64,000 nucleotides of DNA from Elusimicrobiota bacterium (GCA_021730935.1 JAKFYJ010000021.1:22451-86450), one strand, 5' to 3'. Positions 37,049 to 46,677 are shown, counted from the stretch's first letter. A program made the numbers and translations. Notes: generated from the sequence alone by a model not told the origin.

Positions 37049-37396
37049 TTATCTGTATCTTAACACAAAAAACATTCCGATCAACAGGACGGGGAGAATG
37101 ATGATTTGAGAAAGAGCCTGCGCCCTGGGAAGAGTTTCTTTGCCGGCGAAAATATTCCAGGTGCTTTTCCACCCTCTGACGACGGTCCACCACGCAAGCC
37201 CCATGCCTGCCGCGATCATGAAGGCGTTTCGGTCCGCCATGCGCGAAGACCCCTGCCACCGCAAAGTGACGTCGCCATAAAGATTGACGGTCCCCTCCCA
37301 AACAATCGAGAGGGAAATGGCGGAGAGAGCAAGGAGGATGACGGAACGGCTGATCGCCGCCGCCACCGCCAGCTTTCTGGGTGTTTCTGTGTTCAT
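37049..37396 (-). CDS. Small membrane protein (three hydrophobic segments)
   Basis: Fills the gap between the tRNA and the epimerase on the same strand. Confidence 0.55.
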   Translation of the reverse strand: MNTETPRKLAVAAAISRSVILLALSAISLSIVWEGTVNLYGDVTLRWQGSSRMADRNAFMIAAGMGLAWWTVVRGWKSTWNIFAGKETLPRAQALSQIIILPVLLIGMFFVLRYR

Positions 37397-37435
37397 GGGA
37401 TGAAAGGATGATAAGACATCAAAGGAAAAACTATT

Positions 37436-37509
37436 CGGGGTCGACGGGATTCGAACCCGCGATCTCTGCCTTGACAGGGCAGCATGTTAGGCCGCTACAC
37501 CACGACCCC
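37436..37509 (-). tRNA. tRNA-Asp (GTC), CCA not encoded
   Basis: Reverse complement GGGGTCG..GTGTAGCGGCCTAACAT..CTGCC-CT-GTC-AA-GGCAG..GCGGG-TTCGAAT-CCCGT-CGACCCC-G folds as a cloverleaf. Confidence 0.96.
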
Positions 37510-37544
37510 AGGAAGCCGTAAATCATATCAAATGGGCTGTTTCT

Positions 37545-37940
37545 TTACAAGGACGGGGGCTGTTTGAGTTCCAGCCGGAGCGCTTCGAGCGATTCGTTCA
37601 CTTCGCGGATGAACATCACGAGCGCGCTCACCATCAGGAAAAGGCAGGCGGCGAACAAAGCGGCGATGAAGACGGAAGCGTCCACCGCGAGAATTTCGGC
37701 TGAGAAAATTGTGATGATGAGGAGCGCCGCGGTCAGGGCGCTTGAGGACGCGAGGATGATGGCGATGCGGATCAGCCGCGCCCGTTTCCATAAAATGGCC
37801 AATTGTTTGGGATCGGTCAGTTCCCGCGCCCGGTCGATGGTCCGGCCCAGGCGGTTCGTCATGGTGAGCAAGAGAAGCCCCACTCCGGAAATTAAAATCG
37901 CCGGGCTGATCGCGGTCTGGAGGATGGGAATGAGGTTCAT
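37545..37940 (-). CDS. DUF2721 family membrane protein
   Basis: LQTAISPAILISGVGLLLLTMTNRLGRTIDRAR..L.KRARLIR.AI. Confidence 0.85.
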   Translation of the reverse strand: MNLIPILQTAISPAILISGVGLLLLTMTNRLGRTIDRARELTDPKQLAILWKRARLIRIAIILASSSALTAALLIITIFSAEILAVDASVFIAALFAACLFLMVSALVMFIREVNESLEALRLELKQPPSL

Positions 37941-38016
37941 GGGTTTATTCTACTTCAAATTTTAGCGTTTGTCTGCATTGAAACTCAGCCCCCAATCATG
38001 ATAAACTCGTCGGGCC

Positions 38017-38592
38017 ATGAACAAGAACCGGCTTGAAGCTTTCAGCGACGGAGTCATCGCCATCATCATCACGATTATGGTCCTGGAACTCAAAGTTCCG
38101 CACGAACCCAATTTTTCCGCTCTCGCCGCCATGCTCCCCACATTTTTGAGCTATACCCTCAGCTATGTTTTCCTCGGCATTTATTGGAACAATCACCACC
38201 ACCTCTTTCAGGCGGCCAAACATGTCAATGGGCGCGTCTTGTGGGCGAACCTGCACTTGCTCTTCTGGCTCTCGCTTATTCCTTTTGCGACGGGCTGGAT
38301 GGGGGAAAACCATTTTGATCCTGTCCCTGTGGCGCTCTATGGCGTCATCATGCTCTTCTCCGGCATGGCTTATTATATTTTGGCTCAGGTCCTCATTTCT
38401 CACCACGGAAAGGATTCTTTGTTGGCTTCCGCGCTCGGCAACGACATCAAAGGAAAAATTTCACTAGTGATTTATGCCCTCACGCCTCCGCTGGCATTTG
38501 TGAACCCCTGGATCTCCTGCGCGCTTTATGTTGTGGTGGCCGTGATGTGGCTGGTTCCTGACCGGCGGATAGAAAAGAAAATTACGGCTTAG
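38017..38592 (+). CDS. TMEM175-family potassium channel
   Basis: RLEAFSDGVIAIIITIMVLEL, YWNNHHHLF, SLIPFATGW. Confidence 0.92.
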   Translation: MNKNRLEAFSDGVIAIIITIMVLELKVPHEPNFSALAAMLPTFLSYTLSYVFLGIYWNNHHHLFQAAKHVNGRVLWANLHLLFWLSLIPFATGWMGENHFDPVPVALYGVIMLFSGMAYYILAQVLISHHGKDSLLASALGNDIKGKISLVIYALTPPLAFVNPWISCALYVVVAVMWLVPDRRIEKKITA

Positions 38593-39623
38593 TTTTGGAT
38601 GACGGGCTCGGGCGGATTCGAAGCGATGGCTTCAATCATCTCGAGGAGTTCCTGGTGAGTTTTTGAGGAAAAAATCTTGGCCCGCATCTGGGCCGCCTGG
38701 GCAAAACCTTTCAGATACCACAGACAAATTTTACCGAGGGCTCCCACTTTCCCCGCCGAAGGCGAGGTCTCGCCCAAAAGGGGCGGACAGTCCGCAGAAT
38801 TTTCGTCAATCTCTTTGATCAGCCGCAGGTGTTTTATGAGCACGCGGAGTTTGCGCGCCAGGTCCATCGACGGTTTCCATTCCCCCGTGGCGAGATAAGT
38901 TTCAATTTCCTGAAATATGAAAGGGTTTCCGAAAGAGCCCTTGGCGATCAAAATTCCGTCGCACCCTGTCTCGTCAAACATTTTTTTTGCGAGGGGGGGA
39001 TTCAAGATGTTGCCGCTCCCGAAAACCGGAATTTTTACGGCTTCTTTGACGGCGCGAATGGCTTCATAGCTCACGGGGCCATAATTTTCCTGCGACCGTG
39101 ACCGCCCGTGCACGAACAGCGCCGAAGCGCCTGAATTTTCGATGCCTTTGGCGAACTGAACGGCCTGCGGAATGTCCACGGAGCTCAGGCCCACCCGCAT
39201 TTTGACGGTGATGGGCACGGGGAGATCTTTCGTCAATCTTTCGATCAGGCGATAAAGCGGATCTGATTTGCTGAAGAGGCAGGAGCCGGCCCCTTTCTTG
39301 AAAATTTTTCTGGCCGGGCAAGCGGCGTTGATGTCCAGGAAAGTGATGGGGGCCAGGTCCAGAATTTTGCGCGCGGCTTCAAGCATGATCTCGGGGTCCG
39401 TGCCCAACAGCTGGGCCGCGATCGGCGCGTCTCCAGGGGCAGTCCTCAGGATTCTGGACGATCTCGGAGAGCCCCACTTGAGAGAGAGCGAGTCGGACAT
39501 CTCGAAGAAACAGAACTTCGCTCCGTGTTCCCGCGCGATCAGACGGAACGGCAAATCCGAGCAGGCGGAGAGCGGCGCCAGAAAGATGTTGGTGTTGATT
39601 TCCCGATTTCCGATTCGAACCAT
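38589..39623 (-). CDS. dusB: tRNA-dihydrouridine synthase, DusB-like
   Basis: FLAPL...SDLPFR, QL.G.DP, DINAACP..K, PITVKMR, HGRSRSQ, GSGNI, GNPFIF. Start at 39623 or 39629. Confidence 0.85.
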   Translation of the reverse strand: MVRIGNREINTNIFLAPLSACSDLPFRLIAREHGAKFCFFEMSDSLSLKWGSPRSSRILRTAPGDAPIAAQLLGTDPEIMLEAARKILDLAPITFLDINAACPARKIFKKGAGSCLFSKSDPLYRLIERLTKDLPVPITVKMRVGLSSVDIPQAVQFAKGIENSGASALFVHGRSRSQENYGPVSYEAIRAVKEAVKIPVFGSGNILNPPLAKKMFDETGCDGILIAKGSFGNPFIFQEIETYLATGEWKPSMDLARKLRVLIKHLRLIKEIDENSADCPPLLGETSPSAGKVGALGKICLWYLKGFAQAAQMRAKIFSSKTHQELLEMIEAIASNPPEPVIQN

Positions 39624-39639
39624 CGACATATTATATATA

Positions 39640-40533
39640 ATGAACCCTTCAATGAATTCAAAATATTCTCCCAACCGGCAAAGCCCGTTCCTCTCCGGCG
39701 TCGCGGTGGACCCGTCTCCGAGGATCGTTCTCGAAAAAGGATCCAAAGAGCTCACCATGCGCGCCATGGATTTGATCGCTCCCATCGGCATGGGCCAGCG
39801 CGGATTGATCGTGGCTCCGCCCGGATCCGGCAAGACCACGCTCCTCAAACACCTCTGCCAGTCCGTCGCGGCGGGATATCCCGAAGTGAAACTTTATGCC
39901 TTGCTGATCGACGAGCGCCCCGAAGAAGTGACCGATTTTAAACGCGCCATCCCCGCTCCCGTGTGGTCGTCCTCGTCTGACGAAACCTATGAACATCACA
40001 TCCAGATGGCGGACCAGCTCATCCAGCAGGCCATGAGCGAGGCGGGCGCCGGAGCCAATGTCATGATCGTGATCGATTCTCTCACTCGCCTTTCCCGCGT
40101 TCACAACGCGGAACAGCGCGGCGGCGGAAAGATCATGTCGGGGGGAGTTGGGGCAGGCGCCCTGGAAATCCCGCGAAGAATTTTCGGAGCGGCCCGGAAA
40201 ATCGAAAACGGCGGGTCCCTCTCCATCATCGCCACGATTCTGGTTGAAACGGGAAGCCGCATGGACCAGGTGATTTTTGAAGAATTTAAAGGCACGGGCA
40301 ACATGGAACTTGTCCTCTCGCGGGAAGTGGCCCAGCAGAGAATTTATCCCGCCATCGACATCGCCAAGAGCGGCACCCGCAAAGAAGAACTTCTCATGAC
40401 GCCGAAAGAGCTTTTGAAGACCCGCGAACTCCGCCGCGAACTCATCGGTTTGGGCCCTGTCGGCGCCGCCCAGGCTCTCTATGACAGGCTGTCCGTCACC
40501 TCCAACAACGAAAAACTTCTCGCTTCCATATAA
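39640..40533 (+). CDS. rho: Rho-family ATPase lacking the N-terminal RNA-binding domain (short Rho)
   Basis: [74 protein letters not shown]. Start at 39640 or 39652. Confidence 0.88.
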   Translation: MNPSMNSKYSPNRQSPFLSGVAVDPSPRIVLEKGSKELTMRAMDLIAPIGMGQRGLIVAPPGSGKTTLLKHLCQSVAAGYPEVKLYALLIDERPEEVTDFKRAIPAPVWSSSSDETYEHHIQMADQLIQQAMSEAGAGANVMIVIDSLTRLSRVHNAEQRGGGKIMSGGVGAGALEIPRRIFGAARKIENGGSLSIIATILVETGSRMDQVIFEEFKGTGNMELVLSREVAQQRIYPAIDIAKSGTRKEELLMTPKELLKTRELRRELIGLGPVGAAQALYDRLSVTSNNEKLLASI

Positions 40534-41190
40534 ATGAAATCAGCTTTAATCCTCGGCGCGAGCGGCGCGGTCGGTTCCCATTGTCTGAATCTCCTCCTTG
40601 ACTCTCCTCGATATGAAAAAGTCACCGCCCTGGTCCGCACTCCGCTGGATGTTTCACATCCCAAACTTGTCCAGCATCCGGTTGATTTTGACCAGTTGAG
40701 AAAATATGAGCAAGTCGTCCGGGCTCAAGATATTTTTTGCTGTCTTGGGTCCACCACCAAAAAGTCCGGAAACCAGGCCGCATATTATAAAGTGGATTTC
40801 ACATATCCTTATGAGACCGCAAAAATCGCCTTGAGGAACGGCGCTGAACGATATGCTCTTGTGTCTTCAGTGGGAGCTTCTGTCTCTTCAAGATTTTTTT
40901 ATCTCCGTCTCAAAGGCGAGATCGAACGCGCTCTGACCTTGCTTCCCTTCAAAGCTCTGCACATTTTCCGCCCGTCTCTGATTCTGGCCGAGAGAAAGGA
41001 ATTTCGCTTGAACGAAACCACAGCCGTGGCCGCCGCCAAAGCCCTGTCGTTTATGTTTGTGGGTCCCATGGCCAAATACCGTCCGCTTGAAGCCGAAGAC
41101 ATTGCCCGCGCGATGGTGGGATCGTTCGAGGGGGATTCTCGCGATCACAAAATTTTTGATGTTCCAAAAATTAGGTCGCTCGCGCAATAA
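40534..41190 (+). CDS. NAD(P)-binding oxidoreductase, YraR/TIP30-like
   Basis: ILGASGAVG, FCCLGST, KVDFTY, VSSVGA, YLRLKGEIE, IFRPSL. Confidence 0.88.
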   Translation: MKSALILGASGAVGSHCLNLLLDSPRYEKVTALVRTPLDVSHPKLVQHPVDFDQLRKYEQVVRAQDIFCCLGSTTKKSGNQAAYYKVDFTYPYETAKIALRNGAERYALVSSVGASVSSRFFYLRLKGEIERALTLLPFKALHIFRPSLILAERKEFRLNETTAVAAAKALSFMFVGPMAKYRPLEAEDIARAMVGSFEGDSRDHKIFDVPKIRSLAQ

Positions 41191-41200
41191 GGAGAAAAAT

Positions 41201-41518
41201 ATGCCAGAAATCAAAGTCATCGCAATCGCGAAAGCCAAACCGGGGAAAGAAAAGGCCCTTGAACAGGAACTTTTGGCCGTTATCCCGATCACGCACGAGG
41301 AGAAGGGCTGCATCGTTTACTCTTTACAGAAGTCCGTCCAGGAACAGGGCGTTTATGCCATGGTGGAACGCTGGGATTCCCAGGCCGATCTCGACCGCCA
41401 CCTGGCCGCGCCTCACATCCAAAGACTTTTCAAAAACATCGCCGACCTCGTGCAGGCTCCGCCCCAACTGCTGGTTCTGGAAACCGTCCCCGCTGGAAAG
41501 CCCGAAAAAAGGTTTTAA
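41201..41518 (+). CDS. Antibiotic-biosynthesis monooxygenase (putative quinol monooxygenase) family protein
   Basis: SD AAGGAG; AKPGKE, EKGCIVY, VERW.S..DLDRHL..PH. Confidence 0.88.
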   Translation: MPEIKVIAIAKAKPGKEKALEQELLAVIPITHEEKGCIVYSLQKSVQEQGVYAMVERWDSQADLDRHLAAPHIQRLFKNIADLVQAPPQLLVLETVPAGKPEKRF

Positions 41519-41542
41519 TTATAATTTTTTTTGAATACCCTC

Positions 41543-41570
41543 TTGACAGTTTTTTTATATCTGTTATAAT
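41543..41570 (+). promoter_or_regulatory. Consensus sigma70 promoter (TTGACA-16 nt-TATAAT, extended -10)
   Basis: TTGACA at 41543-41548; TGtTATAAT at 41562-41570. Confidence 0.85.
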
Positions 41571-41572
41571 AT

Positions 41573-41595
41573 GTGAGTAATCACTTATAAATATG
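41573..41595. promoter_or_regulatory. Putative TetR operator, copy 1 (GTGAGTAATCACTTATAAATATG)
   Basis: Core palindrome GTGA-gtaa-TCAC directly downstream of the -10; repeated with 21/23 identity at 42177. Confidence 0.7.
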
Positions 41596-42180
41596 AACCT
41601 AATTATTGAGCATTCCAAGCGCAACACCCTCCTTCCTGAAATCCTTCAGGCGGCGGTCAAACTGTTTGTGGAAAAGGGGATTGAAGGAACCACAACCAAA
41701 GACATCGCCCGCGCCGCGAATGTTTCCGAAGGCGCTTTCTATCGCCACTTCAAAAGCAAGGACGAGCTGGCCTGGCACATCTTCTCCACTCATCTGAACG
41801 ATTTTTCAATGAAGCTCATGGGGGAAGTGAGCCGTCAAAAGGGGATGAAGCAGAAAATTCACGCCTATATCGACACCTGTTTCCGTGCATACGAAGAGGA
41901 TCCGGATCTCTTCACTTATCTGATCGTTTCAGAACACCGCGAATTCAAAAAATTCCCGGCGTCTTCCGTTCACATCGGGACCGTCGCTTTGAGGATGATT
42001 GAGGAAGGCCATAAATCCGGCGAATTAAAACCCCTGGACCGTTATGTCGCAGGGTCCATCATCGTGGGAACCGTCATTCGCATCTGCATTGTCCGGGGCC
42101 GCAACGATGAGATAAAAAACTTGAAGGAACATGTGGACTCCTTGTCGGAGAGCCTGTGGCAGGCCTTAAAAAATAAGTGA
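41593..42180 (+). CDS. TetR/AcrR-family transcriptional regulator
   Basis: ILQAAVKLFVEKG...TTTKDIARAANVSEGAFYRHFKSKDEL. Confidence 0.94.
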   Translation: MNLIIEHSKRNTLLPEILQAAVKLFVEKGIEGTTTKDIARAANVSEGAFYRHFKSKDELAWHIFSTHLNDFSMKLMGEVSRQKGMKQKIHAYIDTCFRAYEEDPDLFTYLIVSEHREFKKFPASSVHIGTVALRMIEEGHKSGELKPLDRYVAGSIIVGTVIRICIVRGRNDEIKNLKEHVDSLSESLWQALKNK

Positions 42181-42199
42181 GTAAATACTTATAAATATG
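42177..42199. promoter_or_regulatory. Putative TetR operator, copy 2 (GTGAGTAAATACTTATAAATATG)
   Basis: Near-identical to 41573-41595; precedes the SD (GGAGG) of the next gene. Confidence 0.65.
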
Positions 42200-42209
42200 G
42201 AGGCGCATT

Positions 42210-44852
42210 ATGTTTAATTTAATCTTCATTGGTTTATCGCTCGGACTTTTTGCGTTTGTCCTGTTCTTTTTTGCGGACGGTTCAAGAAAGTGTGAAGAAA
42301 AACAAGAGTATAAGGGCCCTGGGGTTGGGGGTTCAAATCCGGTTGCGGCGGGTCCTGGCTCATCAGGACTTTTCACGTCAGGCAGTGTCAAAACGCTTCT
42401 GTTCTCCGGTTCGGCTCTTCTCATATTTTCAGTTTATCTTTTCGTAAGATCTTATTGGGATTTTATACCGGATTACTGGAAATTTGCGTCTCTTGCCATT
42501 GTGACGACGCTCATCTATGGAACGGGGTGCCGCCTTTGGCGCTTGAAGACCACGCCAAAGACCGCCACCACGCTTCTTCTGCTTGGGCTGGCTCTTGTTC
42601 CTTTCAATGTTTACGCCGGCAATGTTCTGGTTTTTGGGAGAACCTTGAGCGCCGATTGGTCCTGGTTCATCGGTTCCGTTCTTTTTCTTCCGCTCGCATT
42701 GACGACAGCAAAGATGATTCCCATCGCGCCCTTGGGGTTTCTCATTGGGGGCAGTGTTCTCAGCGCGGCGTTTTTCGGCGTCAGATCCTGGCAGGGTTCT
42801 GAAGCCCTTCAGTCCGCGGCTCTTGCCGCGTCCACTCTGATCGTTCTCATTGTCAGGGTTCTGAATAAATCCGATGAAGATATTGAAACGGGATTGATGG
42901 TTCTTGTCCACTCAGGGCTTTTGGCGGTTTTTGCCTTTCTCTCGTTTCACAGATTTTTCTGGGCGGGACCCGGCCAGCTCGAAACCATGGCGACCCTGAT
43001 TTTCTTCGGCGCTTCCCACGCCCTCATTTCCAGATATTACGAACCTTCTTATGCTTATCCGGCTTCTGTATCCTTCGTCGCGGCCACGATCTTTTTTGTC
43101 CGTTTTCTGGGAGTTCCGCTTTATAAATATGGATATTTCCTGATTCCAGCCGGCATGGCTTCCCTTCTTCGGGCATGGACCTTTGAGCGCGGAAAACGGG
43201 AAGAACTCGCCAAACCTTATTTCCTGGCTGGACAGCTTTCTCTTGCCGCGTCCTTGATCGCATTGGCCCCCGCGTTCAGTTTGTCGGTCCACCCCGGCAT
43301 GGGGCCGCTCATGATCGTTCTGTTTGCCGCGACCGCCGCCTATGCCGCGGGAGGGGCCCTTTATCGAGAGCCGTTTTATACCTATGCCAGCGGCATCGTT
43401 CTTCTCTTTGTCACCTGGACAATGGTCTGGAGCCACAGCCTGGATTTCTCTTTCGGGATTTTATATTTCACCGCGGCCGCCTGCGGATTTTTGCTTTTCG
43501 GTTTTGCGGGAGGATATGCGGACGAAGATCAGATCGGTCAACCCCTCACGGTTTTGGGGCTGGCAACGCTTTCGATTTCGGTCGCAATGCTGGCCGGACG
43601 GTGGGGAAGTCAGCTCATGGAAACGGGAACCCTGATGTCCCAAATGTCTCCATCGCAATTGGATGCCGGTCTCTGGACGGGAATCATGAGCTTGGCGGCA
43701 TATGGATTTTTGGCCGCGGTTAAAAAGAAGGAGGGTTTCCTTTATCCGGCTCTCGTGAGCGCGACCTGGGTGTATATTTGCTGTCTGCAGAAAGTCAGCC
43801 TTCCCATCGATCTCCTGCATATGAGCGGAATTGTCATGGCCGCACTGGCGGTTCATTACGCTTTGGAGTCTCTGGGAAAAAGTGAATCGGCCCGCTGTTT
43901 CGCCTTGTGGGGACAAATGGCCGCGGTTTTTATCGGATGGGGGGCTTTGGCTTCGCAATCCTCTCAAGGGACGGCTGCGTTGCTCCTGTGCGCATTGTGC
44001 TTTCTCCCGGGATTATGGAGGGGCTCTGCGGTCCACGCCGTTCTGTTTCTGGCGGCGCTTTATACGGCGGATTATCTGTGGTATTCTCAGCTCGGAGGAG
44101 TTTTGGGCATCATCAGTTGGGCCGAATATGCTCTCCAGCTTATTTTGGTTAACCTCGCCGTCATCTGTCTCAGGACGATCCTCACCTATGCCCGGCCTCA
44201 GGTTTCCATTGAGCCGTTCCGAGTGTTCGGCCTGATGTTTTCTGTCCTCAGCCTGGTTCTTTCCCTTCACGACGTCAACATCGCCTGGCAGGTGTTTCTG
44301 GTTTATGGGATCGTTGGGCTGACCGTAAGTTATCTGCATTATGAAGGCCGTTATGCCCACATCCCCTGGATTCTGATTCTTGCCGCCTGCGAGCTTTTCC
44401 TCAAGGCCCGGCATGTTGAATACATTGAGGCCTATACGCTTCCGGTCGCGATATTCATGCTGGCCGCGGGCCGGGCAGTGGGAACTCAAAATAAAGGGAT
44501 GAGAGATTTTCTTTATGGCATGGCCCAGATCATGATCTATGCTCCGTCCTCCATTCAGGCGATGAACGAAACTTGGGAGTGGCACGGGATCTTCCTCGGC
44601 GTCTCAAGTCTTTCCATGATGGTTTATGGCATCCATCAGCGCAGTCGAATCATCGTCTTCCCGAGCTTCTGCATTCTCATCGGAAACGGGCTTCTGCAGT
44701 CCCGTCAATATTTCCTCACCGTGCCTCGCTGGATTTATCTTGGACTTGGAGGGATTACGCTCCTTACTCTGGGAGGTCTTTTCGAATTCCAAAGAGAAGT
44801 CATCTATAAAGTGAAAGACCGCTTTTCACAGACGGTGGAAGAGTGGGATTAA
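42210..44852 (+). CDS. Large polytopic membrane protein (DUF2157/SCO7613-C-terminus-like)
   Basis: Almost entirely hydrophobic helices; LLFSGSALL......FV..YW near the N-terminus; IEAYTLP and VPRWIYLGLGG..LL..G..FE near the C-terminus. Confidence 0.7.
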   Translation: MFNLIFIGLSLGLFAFVLFFFADGSRKCEEKQEYKGPGVGGSNPVAAGPGSSGLFTSGSVKTLLFSGSALLIFSVYLFVRSYWDFIPDYWKFASLAIVTTLIYGTGCRLWRLKTTPKTATTLLLLGLALVPFNVYAGNVLVFGRTLSADWSWFIGSVLFLPLALTTAKMIPIAPLGFLIGGSVLSAAFFGVRSWQGSEALQSAALAASTLIVLIVRVLNKSDEDIETGLMVLVHSGLLAVFAFLSFHRFFWAGPGQLETMATLIFFGASHALISRYYEPSYAYPASVSFVAATIFFVRFLGVPLYKYGYFLIPAGMASLLRAWTFERGKREELAKPYFLAGQLSLAASLIALAPAFSLSVHPGMGPLMIVLFAATAAYAAGGALYREPFYTYASGIVLLFVTWTMVWSHSLDFSFGILYFTAAACGFLLFGFAGGYADEDQIGQPLTVLGLATLSISVAMLAGRWGSQLMETGTLMSQMSPSQLDAGLWTGIMSLAAYGFLAAVKKKEGFLYPALVSATWVYICCLQKVSLPIDLLHMSGIVMAALAVHYALESLGKSESARCFALWGQMAAVFIGWGALASQSSQGTAALLLCALCFLPGLWRGSAVHAVLFLAALYTADYLWYSQLGGVLGIISWAEYALQLILVNLAVICLRTILTYARPQVSIEPFRVFGLMFSVLSLVLSLHDVNIAWQVFLVYGIVGLTVSYLHYEGRYAHIPWILILAACELFLKARHVEYIEAYTLPVAIFMLAAGRAVGTQNKGMRDFLYGMAQIMIYAPSSIQAMNETWEWHGIFLGVSSLSMMVYGIHQRSRIIVFPSFCILIGNGLLQSRQYFLTVPRWIYLGLGGITLLTLGGLFEFQREVIYKVKDRFSQTVEEWD

Positions 44853-45565
44853 AACATTTTTCACTCATTCTTTTGGCGCTGTTCGGCGCCGGAGCGCTGG
44901 AGGCCCGCGAAAAAGAGACGGTGGTTCTCCTGCACGGCATCCTGAACAAACCCTTCTTCATGAAGAAGATCGAAGGCGCGTTTATCAAAGAAGGATATGA
45001 GGTCGTCAACTGGGGATATCCAAGCACTGAGAAAACGATCGAAGAACACGCCAAGGATCTGGACAAATCCATGCAATCCCTCAGAGGCAAAAAAATTCAC
45101 TTTGTGGCGTTCAGCCTCGGCTCAATCCTGGTCCGATATTATCTCCGGCATTATCCGGGATCTGACGTTGGACGCTTTGTGATGATCGCGCCGCCCAACC
45201 ATGGATCCGAAATGGTGGACAAGCTTTATTCCGAAGCCTGGTTCCGATGGATCTATGGCGACAAATCGATCGAACAGCTTCAAAGCTCAAACTCGGAATT
45301 TCTCGTCAAGGAGTGCGGCATCCCTCAGTGCGAGTTCGGGATCATTGCAGGAGGCCTCGGGGACGGCAAGGGCTTTAACCCTCTGCTCAAAGGCGACAAC
45401 GACGGGACGGTTCCGGTGGAAAGCGCCCATCTCGAAGGGGCCAAAGACTTTGTTCTTCTTCCCTATGAACACACCGCGCTGATATTTTCGGACAAGACCT
45501 CCAGGAACGCGGTTCATTTCATCAGGAACGGAAAATTTATTCATAAGGATAAAAAAATAAAATGA
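44843..45565 (+). CDS. Exported alpha/beta hydrolase (lipase/esterase-like)
   Basis: Signal peptide, VVLLHG, nucleophile elbow AFSLG, APPNHGS, NDGTV, His in YEHT. Confidence 0.85.
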   Translation: MGLKHFSLILLALFGAGALEAREKETVVLLHGILNKPFFMKKIEGAFIKEGYEVVNWGYPSTEKTIEEHAKDLDKSMQSLRGKKIHFVAFSLGSILVRYYLRHYPGSDVGRFVMIAPPNHGSEMVDKLYSEAWFRWIYGDKSIEQLQSSNSEFLVKECGIPQCEFGIIAGGLGDGKGFNPLLKGDNDGTVPVESAHLEGAKDFVLLPYEHTALIFSDKTSRNAVHFIRNGKFIHKDKKIK

Positions 45566-46677
45566 AAATTTTGATTCCGTCCGTCACCTGCGGCGGGGGG
45601 CATATGCAGGCGGCCTCTGCGCTTGAAGAAACCTGGAAAATCGTCCGCCCTGAGGATACCGTGAGGAAAGTGGACGTGCTTGATTTTACGCCGCGCATTT
45701 ATAAAAAGATTTATTCTGAAGGCTATGTGAAGCTGATTCAGCATGCCCCGGAGGTGTATTCGCATTATTTTGAAAAGACCGATGATCCCTCATTCATTAA
45801 AAGAATGACGCCTCTGCGCAGAATCACTTCGAGGTTTATGGCAAATCCTTTCGTGAAATATCTTAAAGAATTTTCGCCGGATCTGATGGTTTGTCCGCAT
45901 TTTCTGCCTCTGGAGATTATGGGCGCTTTGGGATCGAAACACTTTAAGAAAAGAAAACCCAAAGTGGTGTGCGTGGTGACGGACTTTGAAGCTCACGCGC
46001 TTTGGATGGAGCCCTGCGTGGATCTTTATTGTGTCGCCGCAGAAGAAACAAAAGCGCGTCTGGTGGCGCGCGGAGTTTCTGAAAAAAAAGTCATTCCCAC
46101 AGGCATCCCCGTGTCTTTAAGATTTTCCAGTCCGATCAATGCCAAAAAGGTGCGTAAAGGGTTGGGGTTCAGAAATGATCAAAAAACTCTTCTCGTTCTG
46201 GGCGGAGGTTTCGGCATGGGACCTCTGCCTCAAATCGTCAAAGAAGCGGATCGGATGAAGGTCCCTTTTCAAATCGTTGTGGTTGCCGGAAAAAACGAAA
46301 AACTTAAGAGAATTTTGGACTCAAAAAAATATCGGCATCCCATGAAAATATTCGGGTTTACCCATAACATGCACGAACTCATGGCGGCCTCTGACCTGAT
46401 TCTCACCAAGCCGGGGGGCTTGACCACTTCCGAATCTCTCGCGATGGGGAAACCTCTTTTCATCTTCAGTCCCATTCCGGGTCAGGAATCCGCAAACAGC
46501 GATTTTTTGCTCGAGCGAGGGGCCGCCATCAAAGCCAACCGCATTGAGGACATCCCCTTTCGGCTCGAACAGATTCTCCATTCGCCCAAGCTGGCCCTCA
46601 TGACGTCAGCCGCAAAATCGTTGGGGCACCCCAGGGCCGCAGTTCAAATCATTCAGGAGGCGGTGAAGCTCGCATGA
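45562..46677 (+). CDS. MGDG-synthase/UgtP-family diacylglycerol glycosyltransferase (GT28)
   Basis: GGGHMQAA, VVTDF..H..W, TGIPV, GGGFG, TKPGGLTTSE, PIPGQE..N. Confidence 0.9.
   Translation: MKILIPSVTCGGGHMQAASALEETWKIVRPEDTVRKVDVLDFTPRIYKKIYSEGYVKLIQHAPEVYSHYFEKTDDPSFIKRMTPLRRITSRFMANPFVKYLKEFSPDLMVCPHFLPLEIMGALGSKHFKKRKPKVVCVVTDFEAHALWMEPCVDLYCVAAEETKARLVARGVSEKKVIPTGIPVSLRFSSPINAKKVRKGLGFRNDQKTLLVLGGGFGMGPLPQIVKEADRMKVPFQIVVVAGKNEKLKRILDSKKYRHPMKIFGFTHNMHELMAASDLILTKPGGLTTSESLAMGKPLFIFSPIPGQESANSDFLLERGAAIKANRIEDIPFRLEQILHSPKLALMTSAAKSLGHPRAAVQIIQEAVKLA

Noticed and set aside
37436-38592. tRNA-Asp as an integration site for an island
   Set aside because: No integrase and no duplicated tRNA 3' end were found in the window.
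39268-39848. Apparent 580-bp head-to-head overlap of dusB and rho in the ORF track
   Set aside because: It comes from choosing the most upstream start codons; family similarity for both proteins begins near 39623-39652.
42318-42345. GGGGGTTCAAATCC resembling a tRNA T-arm
   Set aside because: No acceptor, D or anticodon arms can be built; it lies in frame in a Gly-rich linker and does not match the tRNA-Asp here.
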